Source: a virus
IMG/VR virus record: IMGVR_UViG_3300031555_005249
Reading direction: 5' to 3' (one strand)
DNA length: 64,000 nucleotides
Shown: piece after piece, positions 38,697 to 48,695 of the stretch
How positions within the stretch are numbered: position 1 is the first letter of the stretch
How the letters are laid out: every line of letters begins with the position of its first letter
The notes under the pieces: model-generated
Seen by the model: only the letters and a program-made list of their open reading frames with translations
What the model was told of the DNA's origin: nothing
The model's database searches: none
Program-made: the position numbers and the translations under genes

Positions 38697-41035
38697 ATTT
38701 TAATTACTCCTTTTATGGTACTATTTTTAATCATTATATTACCTTGCGCCGTGCGCGCTAAGAGCGGAATTTCAGTGGCTGATATGCAGATGCTATTTGG
38801 CGAACCGACTATGAGAAGATTATCTTCATCGCTAATCAACGCTGCGCCAGCCAGGTCTCCACTTCCTATCTTTAGGCCCTTGCCACCTCTACCCTGGACA
38901 GGGAATTCTTCAAGCAAGGTCTTGCGCCCCATACCATTCGCGCTAAATGTTGCAAGAGTATCAGTCTTATGCTTAATAGGCAAACCAGTTAAAACCTCAT
39001 CACCCTCGTTTAATTTAATGCTCTTTACACCAGAGGTTACGCGCCCAATAGGAGCAATCTCTTTCGTTTCAAAGCGAATACTCATTCCTTGTTTTGTAAG
39101 AATGATAAAATCTTCTTCATTAGCAAAAGTAACAGTAGCAAGTGAATCACCTTCCTTAAACTTAATTGCGGTAATACCTGTTGCTCGTTTTGTTTGGAGA
39201 TATTCTTCTAACTTTGTCTTTTTGAAAAGTCCCTGCTTTGTAATAAAGATAACATATTCTGCTTGACTCTTGCGATATAGTGAAGTCATAGCTACTACTT
39301 TTTCATCTGCTTCTATATTAATCAAGGCGCCGATGCGTCCGCCCTTCGAAGCATTAGTGCCAGTAGGAACTTTATCTACCAATAGACGATACATTTTACC
39401 TTTATCAGTAAAGAACATTAAAGTATCGACAGTGTTGGTAGAAATCATGTCAAGGATTGCGTCATCTGTTGTCTTTACGCCTTTGCCGTTGCGCTTTTGC
39501 GTTTTAAAAGATGCGGCGGGCACTCTCTTAATATCGCCATTTTGTGTCGCTATTACTACGCAGTCTTCAGGTACTACGGTTTCGATTTCCTTCTCTACCT
39601 TGGGAAGCTCGATCTGCTCAAGACCAGTTCTGCGTGAGTCACCATATTTCTTAATGAATGCGGTAAGGCGTTCGCGCAATACTTCACGCTGCTTGGTTTC
39701 GTTAAGGAAGAGGGTATTTAATTCCTCAACTTCTTTGTGGAGTTCGTTTGCCTCTTGATTCAGCTCAACCTTTTCAAGTCCAGCGAGCTTACCAAGTTTC
39801 ATATCTACGATAGCTTTTGCTTGTGCTTCAGAGAACTTATAGGTGGCGATTAACGCATCCTTAGCGGCCGCCGCACTTGCAGATGTCTTAATGAGCGCGA
39901 TAATGTTATCGATATCTTCCAATGCATGAAGAAGTCCTTCAACGATATGAAGTCTATCTTGCGCCTTTTCCAAATCAAACTGTGCTTCATTTTGAATACA
40001 AAGTAAATTATGGTCTACATAAATCTCACAATAGTCTTTAAGAGTAAGAAGTCTTGGAGTTTTACCCACAAGCGCCCATTGGTTTGCGCTATATGATTTT
40101 TGTAAATCAGTCTTAGAATACAGCTGTTTTAATACTGCATCGGGATTTTCACCACATTCTACATCTATTTCAATACCCTTTTTACTACTTCTATTATAAA
40201 CCGCATCTACGCCAGTGATTTCGCCTTTTGATGCAAGCTCTTTAATTTTTTCAATAAGAGGCTCAACATACACCTGATAAGGAAGTTCTCTAAAATAGAT
40301 ATGGTCTTTTACTATATCTGCTCTTGCCCTAAGTGTGACTTTGCCTTTGCCTGTTGCATAAATAGGCGCTAAATCGTTTTTATTAATTATCTGACATCCC
40401 GTAGGAAAATCTGGAGCTAAGCCTGTAAAATCAACAGTGTTAGTTTCAATATAGTTAAGAATAACATTTCCTATATCAGTTAAGTTATGCGGCAACCATA
40501 CGTTTGCTATTGTGCTTCCTATTCCTTGACATCCATTTACCATTAAGCGAGGGAAAATCGCAGGAAGAACCTCTGGCCATTCATCGTCTTCAGAATAGTT
40601 GGGAATCATTTTTACTACTCGCTTTTTAATAGCATGGAACATACCCTCTTCAGTTGCTTTTGAAAGACGAGTTTCTGTATACCTTGAAGAAGCGGCTGAG
40701 TCAGGAATAATTTGAGAACCATTATTTCCTTTCCAGTCTACTTCTGGAACATTATTAATCCATGGCTGAGACATACGAGTAAAAGTTTCATAGATAGCTA
40801 CATCTCCGTGCGGCCACCAGTTACCCGATACTGCGCCAGCTACTTTTGCGCCTTTTACTGTTGGTTTAGAAGAAAGATATCCTTTATGATACATTTCCCA
40901 AAGACAAGCGCGTTGACCTGGTTTTAAGCCGTCTCTTGCGTCAGCAAAAGCACGACATGAATTGGCTTCATAACTAAAATCTATAAAGTTATTTGATAAT
41001 TCATCACATATGTTTATTTGTTTATTATTATCCAT
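38693..41035 (-). CDS. Type IIA DNA topoisomerase subunit A (GyrA/ParC or T4 gp52-like)
   Basis: RDGLKPGQRA active-site region with the catalytic Tyr. Confidence 0.85.
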   Translation of the reverse strand: MDNNKQINICDELSNNFIDFSYEANSCRAFADARDGLKPGQRACLWEMYHKGYLSSKPTVKGAKVAGAVSGNWWPHGDVAIYETFTRMSQPWINNVPEVDWKGNNGSQIIPDSAASSRYTETRLSKATEEGMFHAIKKRVVKMIPNYSEDDEWPEVLPAIFPRLMVNGCQGIGSTIANVWLPHNLTDIGNVILNYIETNTVDFTGLAPDFPTGCQIINKNDLAPIYATGKGKVTLRARADIVKDHIYFRELPYQVYVEPLIEKIKELASKGEITGVDAVYNRSSKKGIEIDVECGENPDAVLKQLYSKTDLQKSYSANQWALVGKTPRLLTLKDYCEIYVDHNLLCIQNEAQFDLEKAQDRLHIVEGLLHALEDIDNIIALIKTSASAAAAKDALIATYKFSEAQAKAIVDMKLGKLAGLEKVELNQEANELHKEVEELNTLFLNETKQREVLRERLTAFIKKYGDSRRTGLEQIELPKVEKEIETVVPEDCVVIATQNGDIKRVPAASFKTQKRNGKGVKTTDDAILDMISTNTVDTLMFFTDKGKMYRLLVDKVPTGTNASKGGRIGALINIEADEKVVAMTSLYRKSQAEYVIFITKQGLFKKTKLEEYLQTKRATGITAIKFKEGDSLATVTFANEEDFIILTKQGMSIRFETKEIAPIGRVTSGVKSIKLNEGDEVLTGLPIKHKTDTLATFSANGMGRKTLLEEFPVQGRGGKGLKIGSGDLAGAALISDEDNLLIVGSPNSICISATEIPLLARTAQGNIMIKNSTIKGVIKI

Positions 41036-41050
41036 TTTTTATTCTCCTTA

Positions 41051-42961
41051 TTACCACAATCCATCGCTTGCTTCTTCGCTGTGCGCCAATAGCCATGCGC
41101 GCCTTGGAGGAACAGCAGTCCCCATTAATGTTTCAAACATAATATCTGCCTGCTTTTTATCGGGAACTATAATCTGATTGATATTGCGAGTCTCAGGATT
41201 TAGTAAGCAGGGCTCTAATTCTTCGCTATCCTGTTCTCCAAGTCCCTTGTTTCTGTTGATAACGAACTTCTCGTTTCGATGTTCATTTTTATATTTCTCT
41301 AGCTCCTCATTATCTTTAAGGTAGATATATTTATCTTTTCCCTTAGTGATTCTATAAAGAGGCGGAACTGTTACATAAACGTGACCATTTAAAATAAGCT
41401 CTGGACAAATAGTCCATAGGCAAGTTAATATAAGATTTTTTATAGCCATGCCATCAGGATCTGCATCACAAGCTGTAAGAATTTTTCCATAACGAAGCTT
41501 TGAAGTATCATAAATCAATTTACCTGTTCGAGGATCAATATCAAGACCAAGAGCTTTCTTTAGATTATTTACTTCTGCATTAGCAAGAACTTTCTCTGGA
41601 GAATTCTTGTAAAGATTGATTAATTTTCCACGGATTGGAAAAATGCCTTGTGTTTCAGAATCTCGAACCTTAATCAATCCACCTGCGGCACTATCGCCTT
41701 CACAGATATACAGCTCACATTCAAGCCTGTTTTTGCTATTTGCGTCAACGAGTTTTGTTGGAAGGTTAAGAAGTTTATTTTTCTTTTCTTTTTTGTCGCC
41801 ACGAGCCGCGTCTCGCGCCTTTTTAGCAGCTTCTCTTGCCTTTCTTGCATTAATTGCTTTATCTGCAATTACTTTGATTTCCTTTTCATTATTATTCAAC
41901 CAAATACTTAAATTCTCTGCGAGTGCCTGAGTAAAGGTTGTCATACCAATTTTAGTAATATTACTCTTAACCTGTGCATCATAAGATACATTGGGTGCAG
42001 TAATATTAAATACAATATACATTCCCTCTTGGATATCATCACCAGACAGATTCTCGTCAGTAGATTTCAACCACTTTTTCTCCTTGAAGAACTTATTAAA
42101 TTCTCTTGTGAGTACTGTCTTAATCTGTGTGATATGAGGTCCTTTCTCTGTAAGTCCAGTATTCACATATGGAACCAGAGTAGAGGAATAATTGCTGGTA
42201 TAAGTGAGGATAAAGTCCATTTTCTCTTTTCCTTCACTAAAATTCATAGAAAATCTGTTATTGATTATTTCTTTATCTTTTACTGCTTTATCTGCTAAAT
42301 CATTTAATCCACGAGTTGAATGATAAACAGTTTTCTTTCCATTATCATCAAGATTAATCGTTAACCCAGGGCAAAGACAAGTGATTGTTTCAAATAAAGA
42401 ATGAATTTTAGACACTTCTACTTCTGGATGAGTAAAGAACTCTTCGCTTGGTTCGTACTCTACAATAGTACCTGTAGGTTCTTTATTTTCAATGCCCGTT
42501 ACTCGCTGATCGAATACACCTTCTCTAAAATTGACGCTTTCCATTTTCTTATCTCGAATAGTTACAACGCGCAACCAATGAGAAAGGAATGTAGTAATCT
42601 TTGAGCCAATACCGAAGCTACCTAATGATGTTCCTTCATAAGTTCCATCCTCTCGATACTTTCCGGAGGTATTCAGAACTGAGAAAGCTGCCTCTAGGAT
42701 AGTTTTACCATCATCGCGCTTTTCATTTACCAAGAAGCCCTGACCATAGTCTCTAACTCTAACCTTAGCATCTCGAAGCTCTACATCGATTTGATTACCA
42801 TGACCCAATCTAAATTCATCAACCGAGTTAGAAATTATCTCAACCAAGAGCTGAGTTGCATAGGTCGTGTCTCCTGCATATACCCCTGGCCTAAGACGAG
42901 TAAATTCTAGCGGCGATAAAGATTCGATTGAGTCCTTAGTATATAATTTACTATCTGCCAT
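41051..42961 (-). CDS. Type IIA DNA topoisomerase subunit B (GyrB/ParE or T4 gp39-like)
   Basis: GHKL ATPase N-terminus and TOPRIM motif ELYICEGDSAAGG. Confidence 0.85.
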   Translation of the reverse strand: MADSKLYTKDSIESLSPLEFTRLRPGVYAGDTTYATQLLVEIISNSVDEFRLGHGNQIDVELRDAKVRVRDYGQGFLVNEKRDDGKTILEAAFSVLNTSGKYREDGTYEGTSLGSFGIGSKITTFLSHWLRVVTIRDKKMESVNFREGVFDQRVTGIENKEPTGTIVEYEPSEEFFTHPEVEVSKIHSLFETITCLCPGLTINLDDNGKKTVYHSTRGLNDLADKAVKDKEIINNRFSMNFSEGKEKMDFILTYTSNYSSTLVPYVNTGLTEKGPHITQIKTVLTREFNKFFKEKKWLKSTDENLSGDDIQEGMYIVFNITAPNVSYDAQVKSNITKIGMTTFTQALAENLSIWLNNNEKEIKVIADKAINARKAREAAKKARDAARGDKKEKKNKLLNLPTKLVDANSKNRLECELYICEGDSAAGGLIKVRDSETQGIFPIRGKLINLYKNSPEKVLANAEVNNLKKALGLDIDPRTGKLIYDTSKLRYGKILTACDADPDGMAIKNLILTCLWTICPELILNGHVYVTVPPLYRITKGKDKYIYLKDNEELEKYKNEHRNEKFVINRNKGLGEQDSEELEPCLLNPETRNINQIIVPDKKQADIMFETLMGTAVPPRRAWLLAHSEEASDGLW

Positions 42962-43041
42962 ATTTTCTCCTTTATTTTATTTTATTCATTTTTATTTACT
43001 TATAATATATTATAACATATTTTTTATATTTTTTCAATTCA

Positions 43042-43070
43042 AAAAGCCATAGATTAACTCTATGGCTTAT
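43042..43070 (-). terminator. Hairpin terminator (aaaagccatagag-ttaatc-tatggctt + T-run)
   Basis: Seen in sequence, downstream of gene 43072-43554. Confidence 0.5.
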
Positions 43071-43071
43071 T

Positions 43072-43554
43072 TTATATTATATTTAAGCGGAACATTCTAT
43101 ATCCTTCAACCATTATTTTGAATTTAACATATAATTCAGATAACGAATATGCTTCCAGCGCTGGATCCTTAAGAGGGAAAACGGGCGCACAAGTGGAATA
43201 CCCATTTTCAGTCAAAAAATTTCTAAAAGCATTTTCGATTCGGTCGAGACGTTCGCCTTCAATCCGAACAGCTTCTTCAGTATAAGGGGTGTCATAAAAA
43301 CCTGTATCTATTGTCATATAGTATTTTTTATCAGCTCGATTATAATAAATATATGCATCATCCCAAGAGCAGAACGAAGGTGTAATTATAGGGTTTGTAT
43401 TATATCCCCATATAAATTTATTATCTAACATATTAAATTCATCGTCGCGCCAGTCCGGATAAAGGCGCACGCATCTTGCTTTTTCGCGCTTCATGCTTTT
43501 GCCTATACGACGAAATTCTTTACGTAAATAGGCATCTAATTTTTGTTTATTCAT
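43072..43554 (-). CDS. Hypothetical protein
   Basis: ORF track. Confidence 0.4.
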   Translation of the reverse strand: MNKQKLDAYLRKEFRRIGKSMKREKARCVRLYPDWRDDEFNMLDNKFIWGYNTNPIITPSFCSWDDAYIYYNRADKKYYMTIDTGFYDTPYTEEAVRIEGERLDRIENAFRNFLTENGYSTCAPVFPLKDPALEAYSLSELYVKFKIMVEGYRMFRLNII

Positions 43555-43614
43555 ACTTACTCCTTGTTAATAATGGTAAAGCTCCTTTGATTCTCTCAAA
43601 GGAGCTTCTCTATC

Positions 43615-43689
43615 TGGCAGGGGAGGTAGGAATCGAACCTACGTCTGTGGTTTTAGAGACCACGGTCTTGACCTTTCGACGACTCCCCA
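43615..43689 (-). tRNA. Amber suppressor tRNA (anticodon CUA, reads UAG), class I, with U1-U72 mismatch and G73 (Gln-like identity)
   Basis: Hand-folded cloverleaf: acceptor 6 bp, D-arm, anticodon stem GTGGT/ACCAC with loop CT-CTA-AA, T-arm GTAGG-TTCGATT-CCTAC, CCA encoded. Confidence 0.8.
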
Positions 43690-43801
43690 GTATAAGTAAT
43701 GAGGTGGCTGTTTATTAATATTTTACCTGTCGAAATTTAAGTTGTCAGGCGGCACCTTTCACACACCACTTTTTTCATTTCTTAACTCATTACATTTATA
43801 T

Positions 43802-43830
43802 TATATACAAATTTTTTAGTTTTGTCAAAT
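43802..43830 (-). promoter_or_regulatory. Consensus promoter TTGACA-17-TATAAT driving the suppressor tRNA
   Basis: TTGACAaaactaaaaaatttgtaTATAAT, about 110 nt upstream of the tRNA 5' end. Confidence 0.55.
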
Positions 43831-44346
43831 AAAGAAATCAATTGATTGTCTAAGTGGATCGTCATCTGGTTTAAACCAATATTCAATAAGCTCTTTATAT
43901 TTCTTATGATTGCCAGTAGCTAAGGCATCTGCTAATTCATTACCTATATCACCTGAGTGCCCGTCGCATTTGTGAACTTCTGCGTTGAAAAATGGGCGCG
44001 AAATGTAACTCCATATTGCTTTCATCAAATCGATATTTTCTACTTCTTGCTTTTTTGAGTTACGCCATCCATTAGCCGCCCATGTCCGCATCCAAGAGTT
44101 GCAACTATTGACAACATAAGCGCTATCAGAATAAATAATAAACTGGTCATTTGGATGAGACTCTACATATCCAAGGGCGCAAATCATTGCCTTTAACTCC
44201 ATACGGTTATTGGTTGTATGATCTTCAGTGTCGTGCTCAGTGAAAATAATCTCAGTTTCATTTTCATTCATCACGATCATTCCCCAGCCACCTGGGCCCG
44301 GATTAAATCTTGCACTTCCGTCTGTGTATATATGATATTTAGCCAA
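43825..44346 (-). CDS. rnhA: Ribonuclease H
   Basis: IYTDGS...ELKAMICAL...IIYSDSAYVVNSCNSW...CDGHSGDIGNELADALA. Confidence 0.85.
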   Translation of the reverse strand: MAKYHIYTDGSARFNPGPGGWGMIVMNENETEIIFTEHDTEDHTTNNRMELKAMICALGYVESHPNDQFIIYSDSAYVVNSCNSWMRTWAANGWRNSKKQEVENIDLMKAIWSYISRPFFNAEVHKCDGHSGDIGNELADALATGNHKKYKELIEYWFKPDDDPLRQSIDFFI

Positions 44347-44800
44347 GTTCGCTCTCCTTTCTAATTTTTAATACAGTGCTTAAACAAGCATATCTTAAGC
44401 CTAATTCTTTTTTATTTAAACAGTCATGATGATGTGGCAAATCACATAAAACACGATGAATAAATGTGCGGGTGTGTTCGTGCATAGCAATAGGTTTAGA
44501 ACTCTTATTCAGCCACCATTCATATTCTTTTTGGTAACTGAAACTCTTTCCCATATATGCGCGCCCGGCGCCTAGATAATCACAGAGCATCTCTACTGCA
44601 TCTTTATAAGGCATCTGTACAGGGTGCCCACCATTGTCAAAATTGTCCTGCCAATATTCGTAATGGTGAGTGTTTCTACCTTTGTGGTGCATCCACGCTT
44701 TAGAGACACCTTTATCTTCTTTGCAAGCGTCAATGGGAGAGCGATTACCTTGATAGTATCTCACCGACTCCCAGAATTCAGTCGGTGAGAATTTAGACAT
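44339..44800 (-). CDS. Hypothetical protein
   Basis: ORF track. Confidence 0.35.
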   Translation of the reverse strand: MSKFSPTEFWESVRYYQGNRSPIDACKEDKGVSKAWMHHKGRNTHHYEYWQDNFDNGGHPVQMPYKDAVEMLCDYLGAGRAYMGKSFSYQKEYEWWLNKSSKPIAMHEHTRTFIHRVLCDLPHHHDCLNKKELGLRYACLSTVLKIRKESELG

Positions 44801-44899
44801 ATCGTGTTTAATTCCGCGCCAAGGGAACCTGCTTTACAACAATAATAAAATACCCAATATTTATGTTTGAGTATTTTACCGAAGTGACGACAAGTATTC

Positions 44900-45208
44900 T
44901 TAATAGTAATTTTGGGAGTCATTTATAGTTGCAATCCTTTCTGATTTATATCCATTATCATTAATCACTGTAAAATCAATATCATCATACCAAATAAAAA
45001 CATTATGATTAGGAAAGCAATCTTGAAGAGTGCGTTTTAATGTATTAAGTTTTTCAAAATCATAGCCCGAATTTCGAGAGATGCGCGCAACCAGTACTGC
45101 ATTCCGCTCAAGGGTAAGAGTATTAAGTTGCATAGAGGCAAGGTTTGGCGCCTCATAGTATTTAGGCATGCCTTGTTCTATTGGAGTGCCCGTATAATAA
45201 TCAATCAT
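44900..45208 (-). CDS. Hypothetical protein
   Basis: ORF track. Confidence 0.35.
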   Translation of the reverse strand: MIDYYTGTPIEQGMPKYYEAPNLASMQLNTLTLERNAVLVARISRNSGYDFEKLNTLKRTLQDCFPNHNVFIWYDDIDFTVINDNGYKSERIATINDSQNYY

Positions 45209-45288
45209 ATATCAATTCTTCCTTTTTTTATTTTTTATTTCTTATAATAATTATAATATATTTTTAATAAAAAATCAAAGAAGGAAGA

Positions 45289-45582
45289 TTACTCTCCCTT
45301 CTTTAACTTTTCTCTCATTATTTCAAGTGCTGAATCTACCATTTTTGAAAAGAGTTTAAATGGTAATACTTTTCCTACTAGTGGGAACTTTTGAACTAGT
45401 CTATCATGAACTAACCTTAGTTTGTCTTGTCCATGCCCTACGCCGATTTCTGTTTCTGCGGCAGTAACAGCTTCAAGCAGCCATTTCTTTAATGTATTAC
45501 GTTTAAAGATGAACATTATTACAAGAAATGCTACAGCGAGTACCGCAGCAATAATATAAAATACTGTTTGCATCGGTATCAC
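45289..45582 (-). CDS. Small membrane protein (one N-terminal TM helix); possible holin-like
   Basis: Hydrophobic segment FYIIAAVLAVAFLVIMFIF. Confidence 0.3.
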   Translation of the reverse strand: MIPMQTVFYIIAAVLAVAFLVIMFIFKRNTLKKWLLEAVTAAETEIGVGHGQDKLRLVHDRLVQKFPLVGKVLPFKLFSKMVDSALEIMREKLKKGE

Positions 45583-45619
45583 ATCCTTTCATATAATTAT
45601 GAAAAATGCAATAGATATA

Positions 45620-46063
45620 TTAATTAGTTTTGTCCTTAAGCGCTCTTTGAAGAGTAGCATTTTTGAAACCAAGGTCACGAGTAATAATGGTATTATGATA
45701 AGAGCGTTTAAGGTATTGAATGCGCGCAGACCATTCATCATATCGTGCTTTGACTTCGTCTACTTTAATTCGCATCTTTTTTACCCAAAAATCATCTACA
45801 TTATAGGTGCGAGTAGTGATCATATTACGCCAGAATTCAGTTAGCGCCTTAAGTTGCGCAGAATAAAAAGCTTTTTTTGCTTTTGCATATTCAATTTCAG
45901 CTTTTGTTTCTGCAAGAGTCCAACCGAATATATCACTTTCATGCGCCCAGTCCTCCTCACGGCAAACTGTGGCGCCAGTAAACTCTCCTAAATCTGTACC
46001 TATTGTTACCAGATAGCTATGAGAATCTGGTTTTATATTTTCAATTAATGTATGTTGCTTCAT
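45620..46063 (-). CDS. Hypothetical protein
   Basis: ORF track. Confidence 0.35.
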   Translation of the reverse strand: MKQHTLIENIKPDSHSYLVTIGTDLGEFTGATVCREEDWAHESDIFGWTLAETKAEIEYAKAKKAFYSAQLKALTEFWRNMITTRTYNVDDFWVKKMRIKVDEVKARYDEWSARIQYLKRSYHNTIITRDLGFKNATLQRALKDKTN

Positions 46064-46153
46064 CGTAGCTCTATTTTCTCCTTTATAGCATAAAATATTT
46101 TTTCAATTTCAAAACGGTTTTCCATAAACCAATGGTAAATAGGAAATATAATA

Positions 46154-46702
46154 TTAATCATTCTTTTGAATCTCCTTCCAATGCTCAGTAATCTCTTCAA
46201 TAACTGTATCAAGTAGTACGGGTCTACAATCATGCGCATCCATATTTACGTTGTAGCAAAAAGAGTGTTCACACCACTTTGAAGTAGAGTGAGTGTGTCC
46301 ATGTAAATTCCATGTAGCTAACCAACATTTGTCTTTTCCGTTGCCTGTAAGGGTAGGATAATGGCTAAGATAAAAACTTTTCTTTTTGTATTTTAACCTA
46401 TATGCAAAATGAACATCGTATCCAAGTTCTTTATATATAGCAATTCGAGTATCCGTGCAATGGTTGCCACAAACCACATGAATATGTCCTTTGAGTTGTT
46501 TAAGAGCGGCCGCCCCTTTTTCATTATCATTCATCATTAAATCGCCAAGAATCCAGACATCATCTTCATGATCAACCAATTCATTCCATCTTTTAATAAT
46601 TTCTTCGTTCATATGGTCTGGAGAAGTGAATCCTCGTGCTTCCCATACAAATGGTTGAATATGGGATAGATGCAAATCGCTAGTTACATATATTTTACCC
46701 AT
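46154..46702 (-). CDS. Calcineurin-like metallophosphoesterase
   Basis: Motifs DLHLSH, GDL, GNHC, GHTH. Confidence 0.75.
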   Translation of the reverse strand: MGKIYVTSDLHLSHIQPFVWEARGFTSPDHMNEEIIKRWNELVDHEDDVWILGDLMMNDNEKGAAALKQLKGHIHVVCGNHCTDTRIAIYKELGYDVHFAYRLKYKKKSFYLSHYPTLTGNGKDKCWLATWNLHGHTHSTSKWCEHSFCYNVNMDAHDCRPVLLDTVIEEITEHWKEIQKND

Positions 46703-46707
46703 ATTTT

Positions 46708-46920
46708 TTACATCCTTTCTATCATTTTATTTAGTTCATTTACTGCAAAATTATAATTATTTAATATTCCTATCGCTTGTAGAATATCAGTATTACTTTT
46801 AGAAGAAACGCAATGCGTCTTAATACAACACTGCTGTTTATCATAGTCCCACCAAGCGCAACGCTTTGCTTCACACTCTGTACTATGACCATATTGATTA
46901 GTTTTCATTGGACATTGCAT
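46708..46920 (-). CDS. Small Cys-rich protein
   Basis: ORF track. Confidence 0.3.
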   Translation of the reverse strand: MQCPMKTNQYGHSTECEAKRCAWWDYDKQQCCIKTHCVSSKSNTDILQAIGILNNYNFAVNELNKMIERM

Positions 46921-46924
46921 TTAA

Positions 46925-47401
46925 TCACCACTCTCTAATACGAGTAATTTTAGTAAAACCTTCATCTCTTGTAGGTGCCTCCATTTGAAAGAACATTCTA
47001 CGAATGACTCCACGCGGCACTCGTGCGCGCCCTTCGCGCAGTTCGTTTCTTATAAGTGCAGTTTCAAGAGGAACCTCTATTACTATTATTTCTATTTCAT
47101 CTGCAAATTTAGCGACTTTATTAAGAACTTTAGCGCGCGCCTTTTTATTAAGATGAGTCGCATCTGCTATTGCAATTTCATCTACTATAAGACTGCCAAT
47201 AATTTGATAAATAAACTTATCAAAAACTTCATCTTCATAGTCAAAATACTCGCCGCCTCTTTTATCAAGCAATTCAAAACGAATTGCATCTCTTGATACA
47301 GGTATTATATCTGGAAAATTATTTTTTATCCAAGTACTTTTACCAGAACCTGGAACTCCGCACATCATAATTAATTTACTCATTCTTCTATCTCCTTCCA
47401 A
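46925..47401 (-). CDS. P-loop kinase (polynucleotide-kinase-like, AAA_33)
   Basis: Walker A MCGVPGSGKST; about 150-aa kinase domain. Confidence 0.55.
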   Translation of the reverse strand: MEGDRRMSKLIMMCGVPGSGKSTWIKNNFPDIIPVSRDAIRFELLDKRGGEYFDYEDEVFDKFIYQIIGSLIVDEIAIADATHLNKKARAKVLNKVAKFADEIEIIVIEVPLETALIRNELREGRARVPRGVIRRMFFQMEAPTRDEGFTKITRIREW

Positions 47402-47712
47402 CTAATCCATATTTTTATTTCTACGGGGATTATTGTTCCCGATCCTTTGATCTCTTGGAGTTCAACACTATATCCAAAATCCGTAAGAAGATCAATTAAT
47501 ACATCTTCAAATACTGAGAATGTAAACTCTTTTTCCCAAAAGACTTCTTTAGTCCATTTATAGGAAACATGGTATTCTCCTTCACTTGCTGCTTTTTTAA
47601 TACGCGGATTAATGAAACGATTAATTTCATCTATTGCAAACTGCTTTGCGCGTTCTCTTTCGCGACTATTAAAACTATCTGCTATTCTTTTAGCTTCTAT
47701 TGCACCTATCAT
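47380..47712 (-). CDS. Hypothetical protein
   Basis: ORF track. Confidence 0.35.
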   Translation of the reverse strand: MIGAIEAKRIADSFNSRERERAKQFAIDEINRFINPRIKKAASEGEYHVSYKWTKEVFWEKEFTFSVFEDVLIDLLTDFGYSVELQEIKGSGTIIPVEIKIWISWKEIEE

Positions 47713-47754
47713 TTTTATTCCCTTCTTTTCATTTCTTTCTTATTTTATAATTTA

Positions 47755-47782
47755 TTATAACATATTTTTTTAATAAAATCAA
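47755..47782 (-). promoter_or_regulatory. Consensus promoter TTGATT-16/17-TATAAT
   Basis: Member of the repeated promoter family. Confidence 0.45.
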
Positions 47783-47803
47783 AAAAGCCGCTAAAAAGCG
47801 GCT
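47771..47803. terminator. Bidirectional hairpin terminator (aagccgc-taaaa-gcggctt flanked by A/T runs) downstream of gene 47814-48614
   Basis: Seen in sequence. Confidence 0.6.
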
Positions 47804-47813
47804 TTTGTTGTTT

Positions 47814-48614
47814 TTAGATAATATAGAATTTATTTGTACCTGCGCTAAGAGTGAAAGTTCCTGCTTCACCATATTGTACAAATTTAGACAAATCAGTGAT
47901 GATAGTTCCCGTTTTCCATATCGCAGCATCCATTGTTATTTCTTCGGCGCCAAGTGTAACAACACCAGTATTAGCAATACTTAAAGTTGTTTCTGTTGTT
48001 TCTATTGTAGGCACTCCTTCAATTTGAACGAAAATAGCTGTTCCTGTAGGAATTGTCATTGTGACATCTTCTTTATCATAAATCTCAAGAGTAAATAATA
48101 CATCCTTATCTTCTTCTGTAATACCAGGCATCGCATCAAAAGTGAAAGTAAAAGCAGAAGGATCTCCTGAAGGAGCCATTGCTAAATTAAGGTTAGATTG
48201 TAATTTTGCTCTTGGAATTACAATATATGCTGGATGATCATTACCAGATTCATCTCTAAATAAAGTATCAGCAGTAATTTTATAATATCCAGCAAAAGAT
48301 GTTGTTTTAGATGTAAATTTAATACCATTATTAGTATCTTTTACATCTGCTCCAGTTAAGGCATAAAAGCTTTCCATTGTAATAAGTGCATCTTCAACGG
48401 TAAAGGTAAGTGTTTTTTCACCTTCCCAAGCCATTAAACGAGAGTTTCCTTTTCCTCCTTGTGCATAAACGGTAGTAGAAGCACCTTCAAGAGTAGAAGT
48501 TTTGGCTGTCTCAATGTCGAATTGCGCTGGACCAACACCAGAAAGTTTTTCTAAGTGCATATCGCATACTTCACGAATACCAAATCTCATATGTATAATC
48601 TCCTTTATTCTCAA
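47814..48614 (-). CDS. Putative virion structural protein (beta-rich, 266 aa)
   Basis: Strong terminator and position at the start of the structural block; no recognisable motif. Confidence 0.35.
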   Translation of the reverse strand: MRIKEIIHMRFGIREVCDMHLEKLSGVGPAQFDIETAKTSTLEGASTTVYAQGGKGNSRLMAWEGEKTLTFTVEDALITMESFYALTGADVKDTNNGIKFTSKTTSFAGYYKITADTLFRDESGNDHPAYIVIPRAKLQSNLNLAMAPSGDPSAFTFTFDAMPGITEEDKDVLFTLEIYDKEDVTMTIPTGTAIFVQIEGVPTIETTETTLSIANTGVVTLGAEEITMDAAIWKTGTIITDLSKFVQYGEAGTFTLSAGTNKFYII

Positions 48615-48695
48615 ATTTTATAGTAGTTAGCGGCAAGCTATTTATCTATAAAAATATGAAAATAAAGGAGATTATTTTAATTTATTTTGACCTTT

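Noticed and set aside
38676-39758. Long plus-strand ORFs (38676-39266, 39270-39758; also 58017-58559, 58788-59660, 30265-30771)
   Set aside because: They lie antisense to strongly supported genes (topoisomerase A, the MVP-like gene, 29824-30789). They have low-complexity, Ser/Leu/Phe/Cys-rich compositions and no RBS or promoter.
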